This document shows, piece after piece, positions 31,901-42,389 of a stretch of DNA of 64,000 nucleotides. Position numbers and translations under genes: made by a program. The stretch spans positions 4,580-68,579 of the forward strand of contig CAIXNB010000231.1 in NCBI GenBank assembly GCA_903920695.1, written 5' to 3'. The notes below the pieces were generated by a model, which saw only the letters and a list, made by a program, of their open reading frames with translations, searched no databases and was not told the DNA's origin. This stretch comes from an uncultured beta proteobacterium (GTDB lineage: Bacteria; Pseudomonadota; Gammaproteobacteria; Burkholderiales; Burkholderiaceae_C). Numbering within the stretch: position 1 is the stretch's first letter; each line of letters starts with the position of its first letter.

Positions 31901-34900
31901 TCAGGTCAGCCCCCCCGGTACTGATGCCGGCATTTAATACGACCGAACGCCCAGCCTGCAGCGTCAAGTTCCCTGGCGTCTGACCCGTCACCGCGATAGG
32001 TGCATTGACCGTAATGTCGGTGTTGGCCTGCAACACGACGTTCGTGCCAAGATTGAGTGCATTCGACAAATAGCCAGCACCCACCGTTGCATCGCCCGCA
32101 GGACTTGCTGCGAATGTGGGTGAGCCTCCGCTACCGGTTGCGCCAACCAAATACACGCCACCAGCGCCTGCATTGGCCCCTGAAGATCCGACCAGTACCT
32201 GTCCCGGAATAACTTCTGCAATGGAGTACACCATCACCAAGGCACTGTTGGCCGCCGTCACCGAACCGACGGTACCGCTGACACCATTGCCCCAGGTGAC
32301 CGCACCCGTGGTCGTCAATGTGTTGATCGGATCGATACGGTCGGTGCTGTTGACCACATAGTTGCCGTCCGAGAGGGCCGTGATCCTGCCAGCGCCACAT
32401 CCATCACCACATTGCATTCCACCAATCCTGTCATTATTGGTCGTGCCGACCAGACTGTTCGCTGCCGCCAGCACACCACCGGACTGCCCATCGGCCAAGT
32501 GGCCGGTGGCACTGTTGATCCAGGTCGCGGCGCCCTTGTTGCTCGACCAGCTTGGCGAGGTGATGACCCAGTTACCGTTGCCAGACAAGACGGTGACCCC
32601 GGCGTTGTACTTATCGCCACCACTTCCAACATCATCTCCGAGAGCACTTCCGAGGATGCTGTTGGCGCTCGAAACCATGCCGCCCCTTGTGCCATCGGCC
32701 AGCGCTCCGTTGGAGCCGCTCATCCAGGTCAAGGCGCTGAATTGGCCATTCCAATTCGGGCTGCGGATCAGCAAATTCCCATTGCCAAAGACATTCATCC
32801 CCGTCAAGGACGCGTAGGTATCACTGACTACGCCCACCCGATCCCCGGCAGTTAACCCAAGCAGACTGTTGCTTGCCTCAACGATTCCCCCATACACCGG
32901 CAACGGAGCTGTGCTCGTGGACAACTCCCCGGTACTCCCATTCATCCAGGTCACCGCGCCTTTGCCGGCGGCATAGAGACCGCCACTGCCCCACTCAGGG
33001 CTTGATATCGCCAGATTCCAAAATGTCGAGTTATCAGAAACGGTGAGGACATTTCCGGACCCAACACGGTCACCTGCGGTAGAACCAACCAGACTATTAG
33101 TCGCTGTAACCACACCCACTGATCCGGTGGCACCATGACCGAACGTCACTGCACCGGCACCCAAGGCCGTGCCGTTGATCCAGTCAGGACTGGCCACAAG
33201 ATAGTTGGAAAACGTGGATCCATCCGTGATTTCATAAACACCATACGCTCCGACATGATCGCCCCTGGCACGAGCACCAGCACCAGCACCAGCACCAGCA
33301 CCAGCACCAGCACCAGCACCAGCACCAGCACCAGCACCAGCACCAGCACGAGCACCAGCACCAACGATGATGGCCGCCGACGCATCGTCCATTGCACCCA
33401 CCAGACTATTCGTTGCGGATATGGCGCCACCGGTTGAACCATCGGCCAAATGGCCATTCGAAGCATCCATCCAGGTTACAGCGCCCTTGCCACCCGACCA
33501 GGATTCGTTGGAAAAGACCAGGTTGCCGTTGCTCAATGTAGTGACATAACTGCTGCTGACCTTGTCCCCCGCCACCGAGCCCACCAGGCTGTTGCTTGGG
33601 CCAACAACACCCCCGTACACCTGCGCCCCAAGCGTACTCGTGGTCAACTCGCCGGTACGACCATTCACCCAGGTCAGTGAACCGATGTCATTGCTGTTTC
33701 CGCCAAGCCCTGCAACCAGATAATTGCCGCCACTGATTTCCGTAATCGAAGATCCCACCATCTGGTTCGTGTAGTTACCGACCAGGCTGTTACTGGGACT
33801 GACCTGACCGGCTATGCCTGTTGCGCCATTGCCCCAGGTTACGGCACCCACCGCAGTGGCAAGCGCAGCGTCGTTATTCCAGCCCGGGCTGCGCACCAGG
33901 TAGTTTCCATTGCTCAGCGCAACAATGTCACTGCCGACCGAGTCGCTCTGGTAATAGCCCACAGTGCTGTTGGCACTGGAAATGTAGCCGCCCGTCGCGC
34001 CGCCCATAAGCTGCCCGTTCGAACCATTGATCCAGGTCGCAGCGCCAGCGGTGTTGTTCCAGAGCGGGCTTGAAACAACAATGTTATTTGCATTGGCACC
34101 GCTAAGCTGGAAAACGCCACCACTGCCAACCCGGTCAAAGTAGCCCGTGTTTCCCACGAGACTATTGGGACTGGTGGTAGCCCCGACGCCATCAACGACG
34201 CCCCCAAAGCTACCGTTCGACAAAGCACCGGAGTGGCCATCCATCCAGGTGATCGCGCCTTGCGACATGCCTGTTTGGTTCCCCCAGTTGGGCCGGCTGA
34301 TGAAGAGGTTGCCGTTAGGCAACTCAATGTGACTGCTCGCGCTGAGTTCACCCGCTGCAGAACCGAGCAGGCTGTTGCTTGCGTCAATTGCTCCCCCATA
34401 CACCGGTTGCTGAACTGTGCTCGTCGACAACGCACCGGTGCTGCCATTCATCCAGGTATCGCACCCCAAGCCGCCATTCCATGCGGCATTCGTCAGAAGG
34501 AGATTGCCACTGTTGACGAGCTCTGAAACCACCAGGTTTTGCATATCCCCGGCATGCGAACCGACCAGGCTGTTCGCCGAAGAAATCACCCCCCCGGTTG
34601 CAATGCCGTCTGAAAGCTTGCCGCTCCCACCGTTGATCCAGGTCACTGCGCCAAGGCCCGTCGCTGGTGAGCCACCATTCCATACCGGCGTCAGCGCCAG
34701 GAAGTTACCGTTGGCCAGGGCCCTGGCACTGCCGGCATTGTCGTAACTGAACCCACCGAGCAGGCTGTTACTGACACCGATAATGCCACCGCCAGAACCG
34801 TCGGACAGCTTCCCATTTGAGCCATCGACCCAGGTCGCCGCCCCACTGTCAACAAGCGTGCCTTTGTCATACCACGGACTTTGAATAACGAAATTGCTGC

Positions 34901-37900
34901 CGCCGGGCTGGCGCGACATACCCAAGGCACCGACCCGGTCGCCCACGCCAACACCCACCACACTGGCGGCAAATCCTGCGCTACTGGTCGTCGCAACTTC
35001 ACCCGCGGTACCGCTTGTCCCATTACCCCAGGTCACCGCTCCCTTGCCGCTACCCCAAGCGGAGCTGAAAACAACGTAATTCCCATTGGGCAAGACGACT
35101 ACGCCTGGATCAGAAGTGGTGGCATCTGACTGACCCACTCCAACCCGGTCACCATTGAGCGAACCCACAATACTGTTGGTTGATGAAACTTCACCTGCCA
35201 GACCGACACCGGTATCAAACCAGGTTACAGCACCCTTGGCAGCACTCGCCGTACCACCACTGCCCCACCACGGGCTGCGAATCAGATAACCACTGCCACT
35301 CAACGGGTTAAATGAAAGGTCTTCGCTGGTTCCCCAGCCACTGATCATGCTGACCGTGCCAATTCGATCACCAGCGCTGCTTCCAATCAGACTGTTTGCG
35401 GACGTGATGACGCCACCGGTCGCACCACCAAGCAGTTTGCCCGTGCTGCCGTTAATCCAGGTAATGGCACCGGCCTGTGGCGCATTGCCGCCGTTTGCCC
35501 AGTTGTTGCTGAAGATCAGCCAGTTGCCGTTAGCGCCATTCTTTGCGCCAACGGCGTCGATCGGATAGGGCGTGGTTGGTGCCCAGTAGTAATAGGTATT
35601 CAGCGTCGAGATGCCGACCTTGTCGCCCGCAGCGCTTCCAACAAGGCTGTTGGCAGAACTGACCAGACCACCGGGGTTGCCATCCGACAACTTACCGTTG
35701 CTGCCATTGATCCAGGTCACCGCACCTTGGGTTCCACCCCACTGCGGGCTGAAAAATGCGTCACCCCAAAACGAACCGTTGTATGCCTGCTGAAATCCAC
35801 CGGAGCCAACACTGTCGCCCGCAGCGCGGCCAACCAGACTGTTGGCCGCACTGACCAGGCCACCGGTCGTGCCATCCGACAATTTGCCGTTGCTGCCATT
35901 GATCCACGTGACTGCGCCGGCGCCAGTCGCCGCGGTTTGAGGGTTAGTCCAATTCGTGGCCGTGGAGAAGGCATTGCCGTTGGCCTCAAGTTGGATCACG
36001 GCACCCACACCGTCCCCAAATATGCCGCCAACAGCGCTGTTTGCGGGCCCAACCGTACCGCCTGTGTTGCCATTGGACAAGGCGCCGGTAGTCCCGTTCA
36101 TCCAGGTGACTGCACCCATGTTGCCAGACCACTGGCGGCTCCCCACCAGCACGTGCCCGTTACCCAACTGCGTCAAGGCTCCCGATGCACCATACCCATA
36201 CCCATTCCCGTAGCCGCCGACGTAGTCGTTAGCACTTGAACCCGCCAGGGTCGATAGCAGGGTTCCGGTTGGACTGAACAAGTAGACCGCACCGCTGTTG
36301 CTTGCAAACGTGCTGTCCAGTGGCGAAGCAACGACGATGTTGCTGCTGGGCAAAACAATATTCTGTGCGCCACCAAACCCCTCCCCTGCGCCGGGCGTTG
36401 GGTCCAGAATTTCCGCGTAGTTTGAGCCACCCAAGCCGGTCCAGCCCCCCGAACCCGCGGCGACCGTAATATTGTGCGGGTCCAACAGCAAAGTCCCGGA
36501 TTGACCGTGGGGCGCAGACAGATCGGCCAGCGCGTTAAAGCCAAGAGACGCCACTCCTGAAACCTCGGCATTGCCGCCATTGCCGCTGACGGCGCCGCCC
36601 TTGGCACTGAGCTGGCCATTGGCGCGCATAGCCTGGTCCGCCCACAACACCAATTGGCCGCCATCGCCATCCTGCAAGGCATCAGCCTTCAGGCTGACCT
36701 GGCTGTTGGTGTACACACTGCCGGCATTAGCCAAGCTGACACCCAGTGCTTCAAATCCCGACGCCCCATGCGCCAATCCACCAATGCGAATGTTGCCGCC
36801 ACCGTGCGTGCCACTGGCATCGAGTTGGGTGCCTGCGAGCTTGATCTCGTCGCCGGCCAACGTAATTTCGCCACCGCTTGTGCCGGTCGCCCGGTACGTG
36901 CCGGATGTGTAGTTTGAAACGCCAGCGGATAGCAAAATGGTGCCGCCTTTGCCTGCCAAACCGTCTGCCGTGTACTGGGCGGACGCCGTGGAAATCGCCT
37001 GACGGCTGGCCTGAACATTGATCGCGCCACCCTGGCTAACACCATTGGCATCAATGGAAGCCGTAGACAACAAGGCATCGGTCTCAATACGGACCGATCC
37101 ACCTGCAGCCACGGTGCCATGCACATCAATTGCCCCGGACTGCACGACGGCACCGGGAGTCGCCGCCTTAGGGGCATGGTCCACCAAGATTTCAACCACG
37201 CCGCCCGTCGATCCCGATGCATTGATCAGGCCCGAATCTTCGACGCGCTGTGCCGCCCGCAGCACGACCCTGCCACCTTCCAGGCTCGCAGTCGTCGCCT
37301 GAATAAGACCGCTGTGCTTCAAGGTGCCGGCAAAAATGCCCACTGCATCGCCCTGCAAGGTGCCCAGATTGACGGCTGTGTCAGACGGTGCCTGGACCTG
37401 CAAGCTGATACCTTCGAGGCCGCGTCCCGTGATCTCGATCTGCCGGCCTGCCGCCAGGATCGTGCTGCCGTTCGGGGCCTGGATCAGCGCATCTTTGCCG
37501 GTATCGACTTGCGAACCCATCAACACCACATCGCCGCTGCGCGCCAGAATGGCGCCCTGCACCGAAACACCGCTGCTTGAAGCCGTGCCATCGCCAAAGC
37601 GCAGACGCCCGGTCAGGGCATCAGCGTCGCTCATGCGCAGTGAGGATGCGGTGAAGCCTGCGGTATCGACCACCGCGCCAGCACCCACGGCAATGCCAGA
37701 CTGGTTCACCAGCACCAGATTGCCATTGCTGCCCAAGGTGCCAAAGAGAAGGGATGGGGTGTTGGTCAGCACGCGGTTGATGGACGTGCTGCTTGCATTA
37801 GGTTGCTGAAAATAAGTCGCGCTGCCAGCCGGAATCGAGAAACTTTGCCAGTTGATGGCCGAATAGTTGCCGCCGACCCCGTTTTGCGTCGTCACCGTGA

Positions 37901-38189
37901 GTTGCTTGCCCTGACTGAGCAGATTGACCTGCCCGACGACGGCGACAGCACCAGACGGGTTGGCAAAGGCAGAGACGGGAGCGAGACCCCAGGCGACGGC
38001 AATGCCAAGTGCCAGTGGGGCCAGACCGCTTGCGGGCCAAGGACGCCTTTGCAGACGCTTGCGAGCGGGAGCAGACGAAGCACTGGAACTTGAGCCGCAA
38101 CTGCAGATTTCCGCGACCGCAACCATGACCCCCAGAGTCTGATTCCAGACAGTTCGAAATATGTGATTCAACGAGGCACGACGCAGCAT
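28926..38189 (-). CDS. giant two-partner-secretion exoprotein (TpsA; filamentous haemagglutinin N-terminal domain protein), ~3,087 aa
   Basis: - N-terminus: extended signal peptide region ([21 protein letters not shown] ... SAFA).
- TPS/haemagglutination-activity domain: [53 protein letters not shown].
- Body: a Gly/Ala/Ser-rich beta-helix segment, about 19-20 GAVTW-type repeats, five YDG-containing MBG repeats, and a C-terminal beta-helix-like region.
- Start: I chose the ATG at 38189; the track start at 38201 is a TTG. Confidence 0.9.
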   Translation of the reverse strand: MLRRASLNHIFRTVWNQTLGVMVAVAEICSCGSSSSASSAPARKRLQRRPWPASGLAPLALGIAVAWGLAPVSAFANPSGAVAVVGQVNLLSQGKQLTVTTQNGVGGNYSAINWQSFSIPAGSATYFQQPNASSTSINRVLTNTPSLLFGTLGSNGNLVLVNQSGIAVGAGAVVDTAGFTASSLRMSDADALTGRLRFGDGTASSSGVSVQGAILARSGDVVLMGSQVDTGKDALIQAPNGSTILAAGRQIEITGRGLEGISLQVQAPSDTAVNLGTLQGDAVGIFAGTLKHSGLIQATTASLEGGRVVLRAAQRVEDSGLINASGSTGGVVEILVDHAPKAATPGAVVQSGAIDVHGTVAAGGSVRIETDALLSTASIDANGVSQGGAINVQASRQAISTASAQYTADGLAGKGGTILLSAGVSNYTSGTYRATGTSGGEITLAGDEIKLAGTQLDASGTHGGGNIRIGGLAHGASGFEALGVSLANAGSVYTNSQVSLKADALQDGDGGQLVLWADQAMRANGQLSAKGGAVSGNGGNAEVSGVASLGFNALADLSAPHGQSGTLLLDPHNITVAAGSGGWTGLGGSNYAEILDPTPGAGEGFGGAQNIVLPSSNIVVASPLDSTFASNSGAVYLFSPTGTLLSTLAGSSANDYVGGYGNGYGYGASGALTQLGNGHVLVGSRQWSGNMGAVTWMNGTTGALSNGNTGGTVGPANSAVGGIFGDGVGAVIQLEANGNAFSTATNWTNPQTAATGAGAVTWINGSNGKLSDGTTGGLVSAANSLVGRAAGDSVGSGGFQQAYNGSFWGDAFFSPQWGGTQGAVTWINGSNGKLSDGNPGGLVSSANSLVGSAAGDKVGISTLNTYYYWAPTTPYPIDAVGAKNGANGNWLIFSNNWANGGNAPQAGAITWINGSTGKLLGGATGGVITSANSLIGSSAGDRIGTVSMISGWGTSEDLSFNPLSGSGYLIRSPWWGSGGTASAAKGAVTWFDTGVGLAGEVSSTNSIVGSLNGDRVGVGQSDATTSDPGVVVLPNGNYVVFSSAWGSGKGAVTWGNGTSGTAGEVATTSSAGFAASVVGVGVGDRVGALGMSRQPGGSNFVIQSPWYDKGTLVDSGAATWVDGSNGKLSDGSGGGIIGVSNSLLGGFSYDNAGSARALANGNFLALTPVWNGGSPATGLGAVTWINGGSGKLSDGIATGGVISSANSLVGSHAGDMQNLVVSELVNSGNLLLTNAAWNGGLGCDTWMNGSTGALSTSTVQQPVYGGAIDASNSLLGSAAGELSASSHIELPNGNLFISRPNWGNQTGMSQGAITWMDGHSGALSNGSFGGVVDGVGATTSPNSLVGNTGYFDRVGSGGVFQLSGANANNIVVSSPLWNNTAGAATWINGSNGQLMGGATGGYISSANSTVGYYQSDSVGSDIVALSNGNYLVRSPGWNNDAALATAVGAVTWGNGATGIAGQVSPSNSLVGNYTNQMVGSSITEISGGNYLVAGLGGNSNDIGSLTWVNGRTGELTTSTLGAQVYGGVVGPSNSLVGSVAGDKVSSSYVTTLSNGNLVFSNESWSGGKGAVTWMDASNGHLADGSTGGAISATNSLVGAMDDASAAIIVGAGARAGAGAGAGAGAGAGAGAGAGAGAGARARGDHVGAYGVYEITDGSTFSNYLVASPDWINGTALGAGAVTFGHGATGSVGVVTATNSLVGSTAGDRVGSGNVLTVSDNSTFWNLAISSPEWGSGGLYAAGKGAVTWMNGSTGELSTSTAPLPVYGGIVEASNSLLGLTAGDRVGVVSDTYASLTGMNVFGNGNLLIRSPNWNGQFSALTWMSGSNGALADGTRGGMVSSANSILGSALGDDVGSGGDKYNAGVTVLSGNGNWVITSPSWSSNKGAATWINSATGHLADGQSGGVLAAANSLVGTTNNDRIGGMQCGDGCGAGRITALSDGNYVVNSTDRIDPINTLTTTGAVTWGNGVSGTVGSVTAANSALVMVYSIAEVIPGQVLVGSSGANAGAGGVYLVGATGSGGSPTFAASPAGDATVGAGYLSNALNLGTNVVLQANTDITVNAPIAVTGQTPGNLTLQAGRSVVLNAGISTGGADLTVATNDSSAIGANRDAGVGAFINNAGSGALTTGAGRWLVYSTDPGSDAFGGLSSDQLPLWGKTYASYPVVTETGNRYLFDTVPSLTANVVGGSVVKTYGTTTATPSVSVTGLVNAAAYGGVFTQESYASTLALTSIGLAANARVNGSPYPVTFSGTLLAPIGYASTLYETATVTVMPASLTATISNAGTSKVYDGTVSATVTGGSLVGVLSGDVVSLNSSSANFNNKNVGVAKSVTVTGLSLSGADAGNYTLSTSSASTSADITPKPLSVSAVTAANKVYDGSTAATLSGAVLSGAVAGDNVALGTPTGAFSDKNAGLGKSVNITGLTLTGSDAVNYSVGNLSASATADITPKPVSVSAVTAANKVYDGSTAATVSGGVLLGAVAGDNVALGTPTGAFSDKNVGLGKTVNITGLALTGSDAVNYSVGSLSASATADITPKPLSVSAVTVANKVYDGSAAATVSGGVLSGAVAGDNVALGTPTGAFSDKNVGLGKTVAISGLSLSGSDALNYTLGSTVTSTTADISKAVINGVSGITVNDKVYDGNTTATAVTSGASLTGLISGDQVTVGSVESAFVDRNVGRGKLVNLSNLTLSGPDSANYSVATGITPLTGNITVRALSTWTAAGSGQWSSAGSWDALPDASNVLAVSIPAGVSVAYDAAVADTHLQSITGAGSVSMAGGSLSIANSVSLSQYAQVGGALSLSGAFNVNGSFNQTAGTIVAGGPVDITHTAGNLTVASIQAPVISLAAPTGSIDQNAGLVTGLLSTQSATGTRLNDAGNRIGSFRATNSGGGSIELTNVGVLDGQGISVANGDIKLFNTGGISTSGPVLASAGAVTMTANSPLTIGSGGISASGDIVLTATNLTSSGNMTLNGALASSVGGITLNAANNFVQNSTLTAALAINVSAGGTLTFGPLAKSTGHPVNYYINGVSVAPPWVASAVAASTSDLITSFLVQFQSILASPILVSSVALVQYDNNKNTVVVEGDICAH
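30333..31115 (-). repeat. three tandem near-identical 261-bp units encoding MBG (YDG) domains inside tpsA
   Basis: There are three consecutive 87-aa units of the form ITPKP(L/V)SVSAVT(A/V)ANKVYDGS(T/A)AAT...[17 protein letters not shown](A/V)GLGK(S/T)V.I.GL.L.GSDA(V/L)NY. Long identical DNA stretches occur, e.g. CTTGTCGCTGAAGGCGCCCGT.GGCGTTCCGAGTGCCACGTTGTC. Two more diverged MBG units flank them (~30070-31380 overall). Confidence 0.85.
33268..33363 (-). repeat. hexanucleotide microsatellite (GCACCA/GCACGA)x16 inside tpsA, encoding (Gly-Ala)n
   Basis: Twelve perfect GCACCA units are flanked by GCACGA variants. On the coding strand this reads GGTGCT repeats, giving [34 protein letters not shown] within one GAVTW-type repeat. 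Confidence 0.95.
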
Positions 38190-38396
38190 GGCCAACTCCA
38201 AAATACGGCATACCCTGATCAGACCTAGAACTTTTATTTGACTTTAATTACAACACAGACAACGCAACAATGTGTAACCATGCTCTTTATCCGGGGGGCA
38301 GCAGATCTTGGGCGATTTTCCGCATAAAGCCCGCGGCATCCCTTGCGGCGAGGCCATGGCAACACCTGATCTCAGGGCGCGCTTTTCATGCTTCGC

Positions 38397-41300
38397 CTAC
38401 ACCAGCACGCGCTCGATGCCGCCAGCGTTGGCGCGCTTGACGTAGTCGGGCAACCACTGGTCGCCCAGAATCTGGTTCGCCATCTCGACCACGATGTAGT
38501 CAGCTTCGAGCAAGCCGTTCTGCAAGTCCTCGCCAAAGCGGCTCAGGCCTTGCAGGCAAGCCGGGCAGGAGGTCAGCATCTTGATGTTCGCCTTGGCACC
38601 CAAGCGACCCATTGCGCGCAATTGAACTTCGCCCTTGCGGATCTCTTCTTCCTTGCGAAAGCGCACCTGGGTCGAGACGTCGGGGCGGTTCATCGCCAGC
38701 GTGCCCGACTCGCCACAACAACGTTCAGACTGGATCACCTTGTCGCCCAGCAGGGCGCGCACGGTCTTGATCGGCTCCTGCAATTTCATCGGACTGTGGC
38801 AAGGATCGTGGAACAGGAAGGAGCCCGCGTTGGGCAGGGTGATAGCTTTCTCCAGCAGGTATTCATGGATGTCGATGATGCGGCTGCCGGGGAAGATCTG
38901 GTCGAACTCATAGCCCTGCAACTGGTCGTAGCAGGTGCCACAACTCACCACCACGGTCTTGATGTCGAGGTAGTTCAAGGTGTTGGCGACACGGTGAAAC
39001 AGCACACGGTTGTCGGTGATGATCTTCTCGGCCTTGTCGAATTGACCCGAACCGCGCTGCGGGTAGCCGCAGCACAAATAGCCCGGCGGAAGCACGGTCT
39101 GGACGCCGGCGTGCCACAGCATCGCCTGTGTCGCCAGCCCGACCTGGCTGAACAATCGCTCTGAGCCGCAGCCGGGGAAGTAGAACACCGCCTCGGTCTC
39201 GGCCGTCGTGCTCTGCGGGTCGCGGATGATCGGGACGTAATCCTTGTCTTCGATGTCCAGCAGCGCGCGAGCCGTCTTTTTGGGCAGGCCACCGGGCATC
39301 TTCTTGTTGACAAAGTGAATGATCTGTTCCTTGATCGGCGCTGTGCCGACCGTGGCCGGCGGCGCCTTGGTCTGCCGGCGCGAGATCACCTTGAACAGAT
39401 CGGCTGCAAGACGTTGCGCCCGGATCGCCACGTTGACCATCACCGAGCGCACCAGGCGAATGGTCTCAGGATTGGTGGCGTTGAGCATGACCATGGCAGC
39501 AGCAGCGGCCGGGCGGAAAGTCTTCTTGCCCATCTTGCGCAACAGGTTGCGCATGTTCATCGTGACATCGCCGAAGTCGATATTCACCGGGCACGGTGAC
39601 AGGCACTTGTGGCAGACCGTGCAATGGTCAGCCACGTCCTCGAATTCCTGCCAGTGCCGGATCGAAATGCCGCGGCGCGTCTGCTCTTCGTACAGGAAAG
39701 CCTCGACCAGCAGCGAGGTTGCCAGAATCTTGTCACGCGGACTGTAGAGCAGATTGGCGCGCGGCACATGGGTGGAACAAACCGGTTTGCACTTGCCGCA
39801 GCGCAGGCAGTCCTTGACGCTGTCGGCAATGGCGCCGATATCGCTTTGCTGCATGATCAGCGACTCGTGGCCCATCAGGCCAAAGCTCGGCGTGTAGGCA
39901 TTGGTCAGATCGGCGCGCAGGTCCGGCGTCGACGGCGACAGCGTGCCGACGTGGCGCAGTAGTTTGCCCGTGTTGAAACACCCCTGCGGATCGACGCGGG
40001 CCTTGTATTCGGTGAAGGGGCGCAACTCTTCATCAGACAAAAATTCAAGCTTGGTTATGCCGATGCCGTGTTCGCCCGAGATCACGCCGTCGAGCGAACG
40101 TGCCAGCGCCATGATGCGTTTGACGGCACCGTGCGCCGCCTGCAGCATCTCGTAATCGTCGCTGTTGACAGGCAGGTTGGTGTGCACATTGCCGTCGCCG
40201 GCGTGCATGTGCAGCGCCGCCCAGACCCGTCCCTTGAGCACGCGCTGGTGCAGCGCGTCGCACTCGCGCAGGATGGCCTCGAACGCGCCGCCGCTGAAGA
40301 TGTTGGCCAGTGGCGCGCGGATCTGCGTCTTCCAGCTGGCGCGCAACCGGTGGTCCTGCAATTCGGAAAACAGCGTGTCCACGTCACGCAGCCAGCCAGA
40401 CCACAGGGCACGCACCTCGCGGATCCGCGTCAGCGCCTGTGCCACGCGGTCTTCGAGCAGCTCGGCTGAGGGGATCTGACTGGCGTCGTCGTGTTTGCCC
40501 AAGGGCAGATTGCCAGCAGCGAAAAAGTCTTCCAGTTCGTCGCACAGCGCAATCTTGTTGCGCAGGCTCAACTCGATGTTGATGCGCTCGATGCCATCAG
40601 TGTATTCGGCCATGCGCGGCAGCGGGATCACCACGTCTTCGTTGATCTTGAAGGCGTTGGTGTGGCGCGAGATCGCCGCCGTGCGCTTGCGGTCAGCCCA
40701 GAATTTCTTGCGCGCCTCGGCACTGATGGCGATGAAGCCCTCACCGCTGCGCGAGTTGGCGATGCGCACCACTTCCGAGGTGGCACGCGCCACCGCATCG
40801 GCGTCGTCGCCGGCGATGTCGCCGAACAGCACCATCTTGGGCAGACCGCCGCGTTTGGATTTGGTGGCGTAGCCGACCGCCTTCAGGTAGCGGTCATCGA
40901 GGTGTTCCAGGCCCGCGAGCAGAACGCCTGTGCGCGCGGCTTCGGCGAACATGAAATCCTTGATCTCGACAATGCTGGGCACAGCGTCACGCGCGTTGCC
41001 AAAAAACTCCAGACAGACCGTGCGCGTGTGACTCGGCATGCGGTGCACAACCCAGCGCGCGCTGGTGATCAGACCATCGCAGCCTTCTTTCTGGATGCCC
41101 GGCAGGCCGCTGAGGAACTTGTCGGTCACATCCTTGCCCAGGCCCTCCTTGCGAAAGGCCTTGCCGGGAATGTCGAGCCGCTCGGTGCGCAGCAGCGTCT
41201 TGCCATCGGCCTTGAAGTATTTCAGCTCAAAGCTGGCCAGCGCCGCGTCGTGAATCTTGCCCAGGTTGTGCCCGATACGCGTCACTTCCAACCACTCGGC

Positions 41301-42287
41301 CTGCGGTGTCACCATGCGCCAGCTGGCGAGATTGTCCAGCGCCGTGCCCCACAGCACGGCCTTTTTGCCGCCAGCGTTCATCGCGATGTTACCGCCGATA
41401 CACGAGGCCTCAGCCGAAGTCGGGTCCACGGCAAAAACAAAGCCGCCGCGCTCGGCGGCGTCCGACACGCGCTGAGTCACAACGCCGGCTTCGGTCCAGA
41501 CCGTCGCCACGGGACGATCCAGGCCGGGCAGTGTGACGAGTTCGACTTCCGTCATGGCCTCCAACTTTTCGGTGTTGATGACCACGCTGTTCCAGGTCAG
41601 CGGAATCGCGCCACCGGTGTAGCCGGTGCCGCCGCCACGCGGGATGATGGTCAGCCCGAGTTCGATGCAGCCCCTGACCAGTTCTGCCATTTCCGCCTCG
41701 CTGTCGGGCGTCAGCACGACAAACGGGTATTCGACGCGCCAATCGGTGGCGTCCGTGACATGGCTGACGCGTGACAGGCCGTCGAACTTGATGTTGTCTT
41801 TCGCCGTCAAACGGCTCAGCAGGCGCTGCGCCTTGCGCCGCAAAGCCGCCACTTCGACAAAGGCCGCATCGAAGGCCAGCACGGCGCGGTCGGCTGCGTC
41901 CAGCAGTTCGCCCACCATGGCGTCGCGTTCCGGGTCGGTCTCGGGCGTACGGCGCTTTTGCACTTCAGACAACCGGTGCTGCAAGGCCTCGACCAACAGC
42001 ACGCGGCGCTTCGGGTTGTCCAGCAGGTCGTCCTGCAGGTAGGGGTTGCGCTGCACCACCCAGATGTCACCCAGCACCTCGTACAGCATGCGCGCCGAGC
42101 GCCCGGTGCGGCGCTCATCGCGCAGACGGTTGAGCAAATCCCAGGCGCCAGAACCAAGCAGGCGGATGACGATCTCGCGGTCCGAGAACGAGGTGTAGTT
42201 GTACGGAATTTCGCGAATCCGGGCGTGTTCGTGCTGCGGGTGCACTGGCGCGCCAGGCGTTGGAATGGGCTGGATTGGTACGTTCAT
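38397..42287 (-). CDS. DUF3683 / FAD-linked oxidase (GlcD-like) / 4Fe-4S / CCG-domain (GlcF-like) fusion oxidoreductase, ~1,296 aa
   Basis: - N-terminal region: conserved [16 protein letters not shown].
- FAD-binding PCMH domain: [16 protein letters not shown].
- Two ferredoxin-type clusters: [16 protein letters not shown] and [17 protein letters not shown].
- Two CCG motifs: YLCCGYPQ and ERCCGESG.
- Start: ATG at 42287 (MNVPIQPI...). Confidence 0.85.
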   Translation of the reverse strand: MNVPIQPIPTPGAPVHPQHEHARIREIPYNYTSFSDREIVIRLLGSGAWDLLNRLRDERRTGRSARMLYEVLGDIWVVQRNPYLQDDLLDNPKRRVLLVEALQHRLSEVQKRRTPETDPERDAMVGELLDAADRAVLAFDAAFVEVAALRRKAQRLLSRLTAKDNIKFDGLSRVSHVTDATDWRVEYPFVVLTPDSEAEMAELVRGCIELGLTIIPRGGGTGYTGGAIPLTWNSVVINTEKLEAMTEVELVTLPGLDRPVATVWTEAGVVTQRVSDAAERGGFVFAVDPTSAEASCIGGNIAMNAGGKKAVLWGTALDNLASWRMVTPQAEWLEVTRIGHNLGKIHDAALASFELKYFKADGKTLLRTERLDIPGKAFRKEGLGKDVTDKFLSGLPGIQKEGCDGLITSARWVVHRMPSHTRTVCLEFFGNARDAVPSIVEIKDFMFAEAARTGVLLAGLEHLDDRYLKAVGYATKSKRGGLPKMVLFGDIAGDDADAVARATSEVVRIANSRSGEGFIAISAEARKKFWADRKRTAAISRHTNAFKINEDVVIPLPRMAEYTDGIERINIELSLRNKIALCDELEDFFAAGNLPLGKHDDASQIPSAELLEDRVAQALTRIREVRALWSGWLRDVDTLFSELQDHRLRASWKTQIRAPLANIFSGGAFEAILRECDALHQRVLKGRVWAALHMHAGDGNVHTNLPVNSDDYEMLQAAHGAVKRIMALARSLDGVISGEHGIGITKLEFLSDEELRPFTEYKARVDPQGCFNTGKLLRHVGTLSPSTPDLRADLTNAYTPSFGLMGHESLIMQQSDIGAIADSVKDCLRCGKCKPVCSTHVPRANLLYSPRDKILATSLLVEAFLYEEQTRRGISIRHWQEFEDVADHCTVCHKCLSPCPVNIDFGDVTMNMRNLLRKMGKKTFRPAAAAAMVMLNATNPETIRLVRSVMVNVAIRAQRLAADLFKVISRRQTKAPPATVGTAPIKEQIIHFVNKKMPGGLPKKTARALLDIEDKDYVPIIRDPQSTTAETEAVFYFPGCGSERLFSQVGLATQAMLWHAGVQTVLPPGYLCCGYPQRGSGQFDKAEKIITDNRVLFHRVANTLNYLDIKTVVVSCGTCYDQLQGYEFDQIFPGSRIIDIHEYLLEKAITLPNAGSFLFHDPCHSPMKLQEPIKTVRALLGDKVIQSERCCGESGTLAMNRPDVSTQVRFRKEEEIRKGEVQLRAMGRLGAKANIKMLTSCPACLQGLSRFGEDLQNGLLEADYIVVEMANQILGDQWLPDYVKRANAGGIERVLV

Positions 42288-42389
42288 CGGGTTAGGGATA
42301 TTACCGCAGTGCAACATTCACCTGCGGTTCACGTGGAAACTTGTGGCCAGCGGACCTCTGTCCGCAGCCCGGATGGCTTCAACGCGGGG

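Noticed and set aside
33268-33363. Regular short tandem repeat considered as a possible CRISPR array.
   Set aside because: The unit is only 6 nt with no spacers. The repeat is in-frame inside a long coding sequence, so it is a coding microsatellite.
38388-41774. Plus-strand ORFs (38388-39164, 40491-41774 and others) antisense to the 1,296-aa FAD/Fe-S gene.
   Set aside because: They are shadow ORFs. The minus strand carries coherent FAD-binding, 4Fe-4S and CCG motifs along its whole length.
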